Part shown: one piece after another, positions 8,624-17,750 of the stretch
Layout of the letters: each line of letters starts with the position of its first letter
Numbering within the stretch: the stretch's first letter is position 1
Source: an uncultured Pseudomonadota bacterium
GTDB lineage: Bacteria; Pseudomonadota; Alphaproteobacteria; Rs-D84
Assembly: GCA_902776515.1 (NCBI GenBank)
Contig: CACYQE010000006.1
Span: 1 to 39,579 of the forward strand
DNA: 39,579 nt
Reading direction: 5' to 3'
Translations under genes and position numbers: made by a program
The notes under the pieces: generated by a model
Seen by the model: the letters and a program-made list of their open reading frames with translations, nothing else
Told to the model about the DNA's origin: nothing
Database searches by the model: none

Positions 8624-9737
8624 TTTCGCGGATAACCGTTTTTGAATCAAACCTGTATAACGCCTTGGTTGATTCTTGAATCAGCTTTTTTGTATCAACC
8701 TTTTTATTATAAACATCCGTCATACATTTTGCCAATTGTTCAGCATTTCCTGGTTCATACAACAACCCACCACGACCATTTAATAAAATTTCACGCGGAC
8801 CGTATTTACACCCAGATGCAATATTTAATGTCCCAACAATCGCAGATTCTATTAATACAGTCGGCAAACCTTCACCATAACTTGATAAAACATTAGCCAA
8901 AGAATTTTTCATATAAACAAATGGGTTCTTTTGCATTCCAACAAACATTACTTGTTTTGATGCGGATAATCCAGTTGCATATTTTTTGTATTCAGCCGCT
9001 TTATCACCATCACCCACAATAACCAATTTTACATTCGGCTTTTTATTTTGCGACCAAAATAAATCAAACCCCTTTAACAAAGTTTTTACATCTTTATCAA
9101 CCGATAAACGCGATACAGAACAAAAATATTCACCTTTTATCTTGGGTTTTTCTTTTGATTTTTTTTGTATATCTTTGATATTTATTGGGTTGTAAACCCT
9201 GATAAATTTATCACTATATTGCGGACATAATTGTTTTAATTCTTTTGCACATTCATCAGTTAAAACAACTACTTTTTCATAATTCTTTAATTTGTTTGTA
9301 AACTTGCGTTTCAAAAAAACATTCAAAGAAGAATGGAACCATGCTATCTTTTTTGCCCGCTTTATACGCTTTAACTCACTCGCAAAACCGAAATCATGAT
9401 AATCTATGAACACATCTATATTTTTAAATTTGTGCATAACAAAAAAACGCTTTGCCCCACGATAAATGTCACGCACCAAATGAATGAATAAACGCCAAAG
9501 AAAGAAATGCGGCAATTTGGTCCCCAACCACGAACACGGATACAAAGAATAAAGTCTGATTTGCGGATGTTTTTCAAAATACTTTTTATATGTTTCTTCG
9601 TGGATATTTACAAATGTAATAACGGAAATATTGATGTTTTTTTGCTTGATTAATTCATCAAGCGTCCGAACCAGAACGGATTCAACCCCGCCCATTTGCA
9701 TATCACGCAAACAAAAGGCTATATTGATTTTTTTCAT
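8604..9737 (-). CDS. Glycosyltransferase family 4 (GT-B, Glycos_transf_1)
   Basis: N-terminal MQMGGVESVLVRTL and C-terminal SSYGEGLPTVLIESAIVG...GPREIL signature (EX7E-type region). 377 aa. Confidence 0.8.
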   Translation of the reverse strand: MKKINIAFCLRDMQMGGVESVLVRTLDELIKQKNINISVITFVNIHEETYKKYFEKHPQIRLYSLYPCSWLGTKLPHFFLWRLFIHLVRDIYRGAKRFFVMHKFKNIDVFIDYHDFGFASELKRIKRAKKIAWFHSSLNVFLKRKFTNKLKNYEKVVVLTDECAKELKQLCPQYSDKFIRVYNPINIKDIQKKSKEKPKIKGEYFCSVSRLSVDKDVKTLLKGFDLFWSQNKKPNVKLVIVGDGDKAAEYKKYATGLSASKQVMFVGMQKNPFVYMKNSLANVLSSYGEGLPTVLIESAIVGTLNIASGCKYGPREILLNGRGGLLYEPGNAEQLAKCMTDVYNKKVDTKKLIQESTKALYRFDSKTVIREIISLIS

Positions 9738-10756
9738 CCTTGTTCACCAATAAATCTATAAATTTTTTCACGCAATTCATACCATTCGTTCGGTACATTA
9801 TCAAACACGCCCATCTTTTTCATTTCAACGAATTCATCACGTGCAGCACCGATTTCTTGGGCCGTTTTCAAATATTTCAATTTTCGAAACGCCCAATTTA
9901 CAAAAAACCACATAAATTGCGATTGCCATTTTTTCATCTGGTCTGAATCAGCGTTACCAGAATACAACCCATACGCATTTTTGATTCCGGTGCAAAGACT
10001 TTTCATAATTTTTAATTGTTTGGCCGACAAAACAATCCCACCAAAGTTAGGAATATAGTAATACAACGGCAAATTTATAACCGTAATACGCGGTTTTTTA
10101 AGCATAATCGCCGACCACCATGGAAAATCTTCAAACAAAATTCCTTTTATAAATGGTGTATCTGCAATCAATTCACGGCGATAGATATTTTTCCAAACCT
10201 GGCAATGTTTAACCAACCATTTACGATTAGGATTCGTTTTATTATGTGTGCGTTCAGTTGCATATTCAAAAACATCGTCCGTTGTTCGTGTTTCAATTTT
10301 ATTTATATCGTATTTTTTCTTTATGCCACACGGCACAACGTTATCTGTATTTAAATGCAAAATATGACGCACCATTAATAAGGGGCGATAAAATCTGTCG
10401 TATGTAAAAGATGCGATATCAGATTTGTTTTTTTCTATCGCATTGTATGCTATTTCCATTGTTTGTGGATGAATAAAATCATCACTGTCTAAAAACATTA
10501 TATACTTACCTTTGGCATACGGCATACCAAAGTTTCTTGCATCCGATAATCCGCCATTTTCTTTATGGACAACGATAAAGCGTTTATCACGTGCGGCATA
10601 TTCTTTGGCTATTTTACCGGAATTATCTGGGGATCCATCATCAACACAAATCGCCTGCCAATCAATAAACGTCTGGTTTGCGACACTGTCCAAACAACGC
10701 CGCAAATATTTTTCAACATTATACATTGGGATTATGATTGATATTTTTGGTTTCAT
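9734..10756 (-). CDS. Glycosyltransferase family 2
   Basis: ISIIIPMYNVEKYLRRCLDSVANQTF..VDDGSPDNSG...LDSDDF is a canonical GT2 N-terminal domain. I chose the ATG at 10756 (AAGGGG RBS). The longer ORF-track start at 10828 would overlap the upstream gene. Confidence 0.85.
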   Translation of the reverse strand: MKPKISIIIPMYNVEKYLRRCLDSVANQTFIDWQAICVDDGSPDNSGKIAKEYAARDKRFIVVHKENGGLSDARNFGMPYAKGKYIMFLDSDDFIHPQTMEIAYNAIEKNKSDIASFTYDRFYRPLLMVRHILHLNTDNVVPCGIKKKYDINKIETRTTDDVFEYATERTHNKTNPNRKWLVKHCQVWKNIYRRELIADTPFIKGILFEDFPWWSAIMLKKPRITVINLPLYYYIPNFGGIVLSAKQLKIMKSLCTGIKNAYGLYSGNADSDQMKKWQSQFMWFFVNWAFRKLKYLKTAQEIGAARDEFVEMKKMGVFDNVPNEWYELREKIYRFIGEQG

Positions 10757-10767
10757 ATACAACCCCT

Positions 10768-11655
10768 TTACATTTTTGTTACAGCCTCGGCAAAAGTACC
10801 CGGCAATGGTGCGTCCGCATACGAACATTTTTGAAAGAACGCATCCGCCGTAAGTTTTTTAAACAATTTTTCATCATAAGGTTTGTGTTTATAAACATGC
10901 CACAACGCATGCGTTGGATCTTGGTCTATATGCGGCATTTCGGCAAAATATTTCTTGGCTCTGTCATCATTTTCGACCAAAGTCTTGAATAATACTTGGT
11001 GCATAAAATAATCAAAACTGCTGTCTTCGTGCAACCAGTAATCCAATATCATTGCACGCCAAGCCGCCAATAAATACGCACCCTTTCTTGCCCTTATAAA
11101 GCAATTTTGCATATAAGAATACTTTTGTCCGACATTACCAACCATAAAGACAAAGAAATCTTGCTTTACTATCCAATCAGGAATTGGTTGTGTTACAAAC
11201 GCCGTAGAATCCAACCAAAAACCACCATGTTCATAAAGCAACTCTACACGAACTATATCTGCAAAATGTGCACGTCTTATTTTACCGGCACGATATTTTT
11301 CAATTATTTTTTGGGGTAAATTAACATATTGTTCAAAATTTTTATCATCCAAAATTACTAACTCTTGCCTGCAATGACGACGAACACTGCGAAAACAGGC
11401 CTTGACCAATGCCGGTGCATCCGCTTCACCCTGCTGCCACATTGTAAAGATTTTTTCGTTATCATTATCTTTGATAACAGGAACTTCCTTTACTTTTTCA
11501 ACAGCCGGTAAATACCTTTTAAAATAACGCACCGCAACATCCGCATAAACATTGCACCGCACTTCACTGCGAACAGCACGTGGTCGCCACAGCCAATTCA
11601 AAACATGTGCACGCACAACAATCTGCGTCAAGGCCCATATTCGCGATATGTTCAT
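10768..11655 (-). CDS. Capsular-polysaccharide-synthesis family protein (Caps_synth / GT32-like)
   Basis: IFTMWQQGEADAP...VILDDKNF...RRAHFADIVRVELLYEHGGFWLDSTAF resembles the Caps_synth/GT32 motif set. AAGGGG RBS lies 17 nt after the recA stop. Confidence 0.6.
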   Translation of the reverse strand: MNISRIWALTQIVVRAHVLNWLWRPRAVRSEVRCNVYADVAVRYFKRYLPAVEKVKEVPVIKDNDNEKIFTMWQQGEADAPALVKACFRSVRRHCRQELVILDDKNFEQYVNLPQKIIEKYRAGKIRRAHFADIVRVELLYEHGGFWLDSTAFVTQPIPDWIVKQDFFVFMVGNVGQKYSYMQNCFIRARKGAYLLAAWRAMILDYWLHEDSSFDYFMHQVLFKTLVENDDRAKKYFAEMPHIDQDPTHALWHVYKHKPYDEKLFKKLTADAFFQKCSYADAPLPGTFAEAVTKM

Positions 11656-11672
11656 ATCAACCCCTTTTTTGG

Positions 11673-12749
11673 TTACTCTTCGGTCGACACTGAATCTGCT
11701 TCTTCATCAATTGGTCCAGTCGTCATTTCTTCAGCAATACCATTTGCACGAGCCATAATCTTGTCCAACAGTTCCGCCTGGGCTTCTGGGTGGTCTTTTA
11801 ACCATTGACGTGCGTTTGCCTCGCCCTGGCCTATACGTTCATTGTTGTAAGAATAAAAACTGCCCGCTTTATCGATAAAGTCGTATTTAACACCCATATC
11901 TAAAATTTCACTTATACGTGAAATTCCTTCACCATACATAATTTTAAAATCAACCGTACGGAAAGGTGGTGCAACTTTATTTTTAACAATTTTTACACGT
12001 GTTTCATTTCCGATAATATTTTCTTTGTCTTTGATTTGACCCGTTCTGCGAATATCCAAACGAACAGAAGCATAAAACTTTAACGCATTACCGCCACTGG
12101 TTGTTTCAGGATTACCAAACATAACACCGATTTTCATACGAATTTGATTGATGAAAATCAACAATGTATTACTGCGTGAAACACTGCCCGCTAACTTTTT
12201 CAAAGATTGACTCATTAATCGTGCAGTTGTTCCAACGAAACTGTCGCCAATATTTCCCTCTAATTCTGCACGCGGAACCAACGCCGCAACCGAGTCGATA
12301 ACCACAACATCAACCGCCCCTGATTTAATCAAGGTGTCCGCAATTTCCAACGCTTGTTCGCCAGAGTCAGGTTGTGAAATAATAAGATTTGCAACATCAA
12401 CGCCCAATTTTTTTGCATAACTTGGGTCCAATGCGTTTTCAGCATCAATGTATGCACAAGTGCCACCTTTCTTTTGTGCTTCGGCCACGGCGTGCAGTGC
12501 CAACGTTGTTTTACCAGAACTTTCCGGACCATAAATTTCAACAATTCTGCCGCGTGGATAACCGCCAATACCAAGGGCGATATCCAACCCTAATGAACCC
12601 GAAGAAATCGCTTCGATGTTCTGTTGCGAACCATCACCCATTTTCATGATGGCTTCTTTACCAAATTGTTTTTGAATTTGTGCCAACGCTGATTCCAATG
12701 CAGGATTTTTGGCCGACACAGTATTGTTTGTAACTTCTTTCTTTGCCAT
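11673..12749 (-). CDS. recA: Recombinase RecA
   Basis: GPESSGKTT Walker [40 protein letters not shown]. 358 aa. Confidence 0.97.
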   Translation of the reverse strand: MAKKEVTNNTVSAKNPALESALAQIQKQFGKEAIMKMGDGSQQNIEAISSGSLGLDIALGIGGYPRGRIVEIYGPESSGKTTLALHAVAEAQKKGGTCAYIDAENALDPSYAKKLGVDVANLIISQPDSGEQALEIADTLIKSGAVDVVVIDSVAALVPRAELEGNIGDSFVGTTARLMSQSLKKLAGSVSRSNTLLIFINQIRMKIGVMFGNPETTSGGNALKFYASVRLDIRRTGQIKDKENIIGNETRVKIVKNKVAPPFRTVDFKIMYGEGISRISEILDMGVKYDFIDKAGSFYSYNNERIGQGEANARQWLKDHPEAQAELLDKIMARANGIAEEMTTGPIDEEADSVSTEE

Positions 12750-12776
12750 TAAAATACCCCTTTATTCCTGATGAAA

Positions 12777-12805
12777 ATCATACAAAGAAAACGAGATATA
12801 TGCAA
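12777..12805 (-). promoter_or_regulatory. Putative sigma70-type promoter of recA
   Basis: On the minus strand: TTGCAT (12805-12800), 17-nt spacer, TATGAT (12782-12777). AAAGGGG RBS before the ATG at 12749. Confidence 0.45.
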
Positions 12806-13990
12806 TCACTTTTTAGCAACCAAAATTGCAAATGAAATCAAACAAATAAACGCTGTAACTAACCAAACAGCAGACGTTACACCAAACAATGTGATACACC
12901 CGGCCGCAGCAATCGGAACAATGAATTTTGGTAAATTACTACTTGTTCTGAAAACACCATAAAATTTGGTTTGTTGGGATTTTTTTGCGGAATCAAAAAA
13001 CAACAAATCATGAACAGGTTCCATCAAGGCCCCCGATACTTGCCACGCCACAAATATCGCTAACAATGGATATCCGGTCACAATGGTTGCCAAGAAAGAA
13101 AATATCGCAAAAGACCCAAAACCCAACAACATCCATAACTTTTTACCATATTTGACAACCAAACGTCCCATAAATTCAGACAACAACAAATATGGAATTA
13201 TCCCCAACGTTAAAACCAACCCTAATGTATCTTTTGTAAAACCGTTTTCTATTATTACAATTGGAACATACAAGTGCCGCATAGAACTTAACGAATAAAA
13301 CCCAAAATTCACCGCATAGGCACGCAACATTCCGGGTGTTTTAAAAAACGCCATCGTGTTTTTCCACAATGATTTCAGTGTTCTGCGTGGATTAACCGGT
13401 TTAATCTGTTTATCTTCTTGGGTCAATCCCATATATTTAAAAAACATCCAAGCCGCCAAATAAATTACCGACGACAGAAAAAATGCAGACCTGTTATCAA
13501 ATTTTGTTGCAACAGCCACCGCTATCATTGGTGCAAACAATGCCCCAACATTAACCCATAAATGATATCTGGAATTTAATTTCGCCATACCAACATCTTT
13601 CGAAAAATCAGACATAAACAAAGGGATTAACATGGCGGTCAAAGTAATAGCAAAACCACTTGTGTAATCCAAAGTTATAAAGGTACTTGGTTGAATTGAA
13701 AAACCCATCATCGCGTAACATACAACCAACATCAACAGTGCGAAATAAAATACACGCACCTTGGAAAACTGGCGAAAAATTTCATTTGCGAACAAGGCCA
13801 CAATCATACAAAACAACGAATATACAGATACATAAATACCAACAATGGCCGAATTTTTAAATATCTCTAAAATAACCAACGAATAAACAGCGTTATAAAT
13901 TCCATCTGCAAAACCACTAAACAAACCCAAATTTGCAAACGAAAATCCGTTGACCGAACTCCGCATAGAAAGATATTTGTCTTTTGCCAT
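12806..13990 (-). CDS. MFS transporter
   Basis: 394 aa, about 12 hydrophobic segments, typical MFS loop pattern. Substrate unknown. Confidence 0.75.
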   Translation of the reverse strand: MAKDKYLSMRSSVNGFSFANLGLFSGFADGIYNAVYSLVILEIFKNSAIVGIYVSVYSLFCMIVALFANEIFRQFSKVRVFYFALLMLVVCYAMMGFSIQPSTFITLDYTSGFAITLTAMLIPLFMSDFSKDVGMAKLNSRYHLWVNVGALFAPMIAVAVATKFDNRSAFFLSSVIYLAAWMFFKYMGLTQEDKQIKPVNPRRTLKSLWKNTMAFFKTPGMLRAYAVNFGFYSLSSMRHLYVPIVIIENGFTKDTLGLVLTLGIIPYLLLSEFMGRLVVKYGKKLWMLLGFGSFAIFSFLATIVTGYPLLAIFVAWQVSGALMEPVHDLLFFDSAKKSQQTKFYGVFRTSSNLPKFIVPIAAAGCITLFGVTSAVWLVTAFICLISFAILVAKK

Positions 13991-14057
13991 AATTATGTTT
14001 CCCTCTCTGTAAACCCACAGTATGATACCACAAAATCAACAAAATGGCAAAACACAT

Positions 14058-14087
14058 AAAAAAACGCACCGTTTGGTGCGTTTAAAA
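14058..14087 (-). terminator. Rho-independent terminator of secB
   Basis: AAACGCACC (14062-14070), loop GTTT, GGTGCGTTT (14075-14083). On the minus strand this is followed by a T7 run. Confidence 0.8.
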
Positions 14088-14528
14088 TTATTTTGCTTCT
14101 GTTTTTTGCTGTTGACGCTGTTCATACAAAGCCGCGAAATCAACCTGTTGCATCGCAAACGGTGGAAATCCAGATTCAGCGGTCAAACGTGTAACCAAAC
14201 TGCGAACTGCTGGGAACAACAATGTCGGAACATCAATTAACAAAGTCCGTCTTTTTGCTTCTTCGTCTTTTTCTTCATCTAATTGAACCAAACCAGTATA
14301 AGTAGATTCAATCAAGAATATTGTTTTTGCGTTATCTTTCAACTTAGAATGGACTTTTACATTCAAATCAACCATAAACAGATTATTTTCAGAACCTTTT
14401 ACCGGGATATCTATATTTATTTCTAATTCAGCCTGGCCATTATCTTGTTTAAAAAACAATTCTGGGACATTTGGGCTTTCAAAAGAGATATCTTTCAAGA
14501 ACTGCTGTATTAAATTAAACTTTGCCAT
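14088..14528 (-). CDS. secB: Protein-export chaperone SecB
   Basis: 146 aa. IQQFLKDISFESPNVPELF, ...LLFPAVRSLVTRLTAESGFPPF..QVDFAALYEQ and an acidic tail are SecB hallmarks. Confidence 0.9.
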   Translation of the reverse strand: MAKFNLIQQFLKDISFESPNVPELFFKQDNGQAELEINIDIPVKGSENNLFMVDLNVKVHSKLKDNAKTIFLIESTYTGLVQLDEEKDEEAKRRTLLIDVPTLLFPAVRSLVTRLTAESGFPPFAMQQVDFAALYEQRQQQKTEAK

Positions 14529-14609
14529 TGCGATTGCTCCTTTTTTTATGACTCGTTTTATGATAATATAACACCATAGGGAAATTTTACAAGTGGGAGA
14601 TGAAATAAA

Positions 14610-15573
14610 ATGAAATATTTTTCTTATGGCGGTTTATTACGTGGTTTTATGGCGGGAATATGCGGAATTGCGTTATGTTCGTGCGATTTAACAACACCAA
14701 CACATACAGGCGATGATTCTGTGGCACCATCATCTAATATGAAACGGGTTTCGTATTCTGAATTACCCGGATGGGAACAAGATGATGTTCGTTATGCCTT
14801 GCAGGCGTTTAGAAATTCGTGCAAGGCTAAAATTCAATACAAGGGACGTGTCATTCCGGACCGCGAATTGTTCCAAGAAAAATGTAATATGTTACCAAGT
14901 GCCAGTGCCGACACTGCAACTGTTCGTGCATGGTTTGAATCTAATTTCCAACCATACAAGATTTATAACGACAACGGCACCGACAAGGGAACATATACTG
15001 GATACTATTCACCTGTGATTCCTGGGTGCAAAACCCAAACGGCCGAATGTAACGAACCTTTGATGGGTATTCCAACAGATGGCCGTAATTTCAAAGGCGT
15101 TTCAAAAAAAGAAATTGTTGAAAATAAAATTGGTCGTGTTCTTTATTGGGCAAACATCGTTGATGTCCAAAACATTCAAATCCAAGGCAGTGGTATGTTA
15201 AAATTACCAGATGGCAAACTTGTTAAATTAAACTTCGCTGCGGTAAACGATATGCCATTTAAATCTATTGGCGAACAGTTGCGTAATCGTGGCATAAAAC
15301 CCGAAGGTGGTTATTCTGCTGATTGCCATGGACGATTCTATTTACACATTGGGATTACCGGTTTATATTGACACGAACCTGGCAAATGGTCAAAAATTCA
15401 GACGGTTAATGATTGCCCAAGATACCGGCAGTGCAATCCGTGGTTGGATACGTGCCGACATTTTCTTTGGCAAAGGTGACGAAGCATATCAATATGCACA
15501 CGGTCAACATGCCCAAGGAGCAATGTATATCTTGATGCCAAAAGAATATAATTATGTCAAACCAAGAAAATAA
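14610..15573 (+). pseudogene. mltA: Membrane-bound lytic murein transglycosylase A, disrupted (two ORFs, 14610-15371 and 15307-15573, in different frames)
   Basis: The N-terminal ORF has a lipoprotein-like signal (ALCSC) and the MltA-domain segments YTGYYSPVI and IQIQGSGML. The C-terminal ORF has the 3D-domain motif MIAQDTGSAIRGWIRADIFFGKGDEA. The frames differ by +1. Roughly 45-50 residues expected between ...GIKPEGGYS and LLIAMDDSIY are missing, judged against E. coli MltA from memory. Confidence 0.7.
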
Positions 15574-15883
15574 ATTTTCTGAACGCATAAAACGTCCCCA
15601 GACATTGGCTGGGGCGTTGGGCGGGCTGATGAAAATACTTGGTGTTCGTGCATCTGATTCTGATTTGGTTGCACGTTGGCCTGAAATCGCTGGGCCAGAG
15701 ATTGCGGCATTGGCACAAATATGTGCGGTAAGGAAAAACCGCAATAATAAATACAATATTGTGCTGCGTCCGATAAATCCGGCATTTGCACTGCAATTGT
15801 CGTATCAAACAGAACAAATAAAACAACAAATAAACAAATACTTTGGGTATGATGCTGTTGAAAAAATTAGTTTCAGGAGATAA
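15554..15883 (+). CDS. DUF721 domain protein (DciA-like)
   Basis: 109 aa. LVARWPEIAGPEIAALAQ...LRPINPAFALQLSYQTEQIKQQINKYFG is the DUF721 pattern. Overlaps the mltA 3' end by 20 nt. Confidence 0.65.
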   Translation: MSNQENKFSERIKRPQTLAGALGGLMKILGVRASDSDLVARWPEIAGPEIAALAQICAVRKNRNNKYNIVLRPINPAFALQLSYQTEQIKQQINKYFGYDAVEKISFRR

Positions 15884-15889
15884 AAGATT

Positions 15890-16366
15890 ATGCGTGTTTT
15901 GGGCATAGACCCGGGGCTTTTACACACAGGTTGGTCAATTATTGAACGTCACGGCAATGAACGCAAATATATTGCCAGTGGTGTTATTTTACCCAAAAAA
16001 ACACTGCCGTTACCTGAACGACTGGCGACCATATTTAACGGTATTTCCGATATATGCAAAAATTTTAAACCCGATGTTTGCAGTATAGAAATCATATTTG
16101 TAAATGAAAACCCAAAAACAACTTTGTTACTGGGACACGCACGTGCGGCGGCAATGGTTGCTGCATCAACACACGGTATTGAAATTTTTGAATATGAACC
16201 AAATACAATAAAAAAGGCTCTGACCGGTGGTGGTCACGCCGACAAAAGTGCTATTGACCGTATGGTTCGAATATTATTACCGGCGGCAAATCCAAAAACG
16301 CCGGATGAAAGTGATGCAATTGCCATCGCATTAACCCATACAAATATGTCAAAATTTTTAAAATAA
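15890..16366 (+). CDS. ruvC: Holliday junction resolvase RuvC
   Basis: MRVLGIDPGL..TGW start, ...GHARAAAM, and C-terminal DESDAIAIALTH catalytic acidic residues. 158 aa. Confidence 0.93.
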   Translation: MRVLGIDPGLLHTGWSIIERHGNERKYIASGVILPKKTLPLPERLATIFNGISDICKNFKPDVCSIEIIFVNENPKTTLLLGHARAAAMVAASTHGIEIFEYEPNTIKKALTGGGHADKSAIDRMVRILLPAANPKTPDESDAIAIALTHTNMSKFLK

Positions 16367-16388
16367 AAACCGGCTATACGCCGGTTTT
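16367..16388. terminator. Bidirectional terminator hairpin between ruvC (+) and yebC (-)
   Basis: AAAACCGGC, loop TATAC, GCCGGTTTT: a 9-bp stem with A/T-run flanks. Confidence 0.75.
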
Positions 16389-16403
16389 ACTAACCACTAA
16401 TCA

Positions 16404-17120
16404 CTAATTAGCGGCGGTGAACACCTTTTGCACGTCATCATTTGCATCCAATGCATCAACCAATTTTTCAATCTTTGCATAGGCTTCATCGTCCAAATCC
16501 ATTGGCATATTAGGGACCCATGTTAATTCTGCATTTTCTGGTTCACCTAAAACATCAGCGATTTTCTTTTGAACAGTCATAAAATCATCCGGTTTGGTCG
16601 TGATAATGAAACCTTCCTCGGTTGTTTCAAGATTATCAGCATCAGCATCCATGATTATTTCCATCATTTCGTCTTCGGTTTTACCGATACTGGCCGGATA
16701 CAAGATTTGACCAACACGTGTAAACATAAATACAACACTGCCCTCTTCGCCCATATTACCACCGTTTTTAGCAAAGATGTTACGAACTTCGGGAACTGTT
16801 CTGCGTGGATTATCGGTCAAAGCCTCTACAATAACGGGCACCGCACCCGGACCATAGCCCTCGTAACGAACAGCCACGTAATTTTCGGTACTGGAACCCG
16901 ATGCTTTATCAATAGCACGTTTGATGTTATCATTCGGCATAGAGTTTTTGCGTGCCTGTAAAATAGCCAATCTTAAACGCGGATTATTGTCGGGATTTTT
17001 ATCGCCCAGTTTTGCCGCCATTGTAATTTCACGTGCCAGTTTTGTAAACAAACCGCTGCGTGCTGCATCCGCCAGCCCCTTTTTATGCTGGATGTTATGC
17101 CACTTGCTGTGTCCACTCAT
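16404..17120 (-). CDS. yebC: YebC/PmpR family protein
   Basis: MSGHSKWHNIQHKKG..DAARS..F.KL.REI is the invariant YebC N-terminus. I chose the ATG at 17120 rather than the ORF-track start at 17189, which would overlap ruvA. Confidence 0.92.
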   Translation of the reverse strand: MSGHSKWHNIQHKKGLADAARSGLFTKLAREITMAAKLGDKNPDNNPRLRLAILQARKNSMPNDNIKRAIDKASGSSTENYVAVRYEGYGPGAVPVIVEALTDNPRRTVPEVRNIFAKNGGNMGEEGSVVFMFTRVGQILYPASIGKTEDEMMEIIMDADADNLETTEEGFIITTKPDDFMTVQKKIADVLGEPENAELTWVPNMPMDLDDEAYAKIEKLVDALDANDDVQKVFTAAN

Positions 17121-17171
17121 TGTTTGACCTTTTGATTTAATTAGATTAAAATTACCACAAAAGGATAACAA

Positions 17172-17750
17172 ATGATTGGAAAATTGCAAGGCTTTGTTGA
17201 TTATATTGGTGACGGATTTATTATTTTGATGGTATCCGGGGTCGGATACAAGGTTTACACACCGGAAATCTTTGCATTAAAAGATAATATCAGCCTGTGG
17301 ATTGAAACTGTTGTTCGGGAAGATTCCATTCGTTTATTTGGTTTTTCAAACCTGGCCGGTCAAAATTTATTCAATATGTTAACGGGCGTTTCGGGTGTTG
17401 GTCCCAAGGTTGCAATGGCAATTATGGGAACAATAAAGACGGATACTTTATTGACCGCAATTGCCACAGGGGATGCAAAAACCATCGCGACCGCCCCGGG
17501 TGTTGGTAAAAAAGTTGCTGAAAAAATCATAGTAGAATTAAAGTCCAAGGTTGGTGGCGTATCTTTTTCAACAAGTTTTGATAAAGAAATGGCCGGAACA
17601 TTACCTGATTTATTGTCTGCGTTGGAATCATTGGGATACAAACGTATGGATATTGTTGATATGGCACAAAAATTAGTATCACAAAACCCGTCTGCCGATG
17701 TTGCAAAGTTAATTCCAATGGCATTAAAAGAAATAAGTGGAAATAAATAA
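17172..17750 (+). CDS. ruvA: Holliday junction branch-migration complex subunit RuvA
   Basis: MIGKLQG.V..IGDGFIILMVSGVGYKV, helix-hairpin-helix segments GVSGVGPKVAMAI and APGVGKKVAEKI. 192 aa. Confidence 0.93.
   Translation: MIGKLQGFVDYIGDGFIILMVSGVGYKVYTPEIFALKDNISLWIETVVREDSIRLFGFSNLAGQNLFNMLTGVSGVGPKVAMAIMGTIKTDTLLTAIATGDAKTIATAPGVGKKVAEKIIVELKSKVGGVSFSTSFDKEMAGTLPDLLSALESLGYKRMDIVDMAQKLVSQNPSADVAKLIPMALKEISGNK

Noticed and set aside
12750-12805. Looked for an SOS (LexA) box upstream of recA
   Set aside because: No GTTC-N7-GTTC, GAAC-N7-GAAC or CTGT-N8-ACAG motif is present in the 56-nt upstream region, so no operator is annotated.
16389-16398. 10-mer ACTAACCACT shared between 16389-16398 and 35079-35088, both just 3' of a terminator hairpin and next to a minus-strand stop codon
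   Set aside because: In about 40 kb, hundreds of 10-mer coincidences are expected by chance. The flanks do not extend the match.
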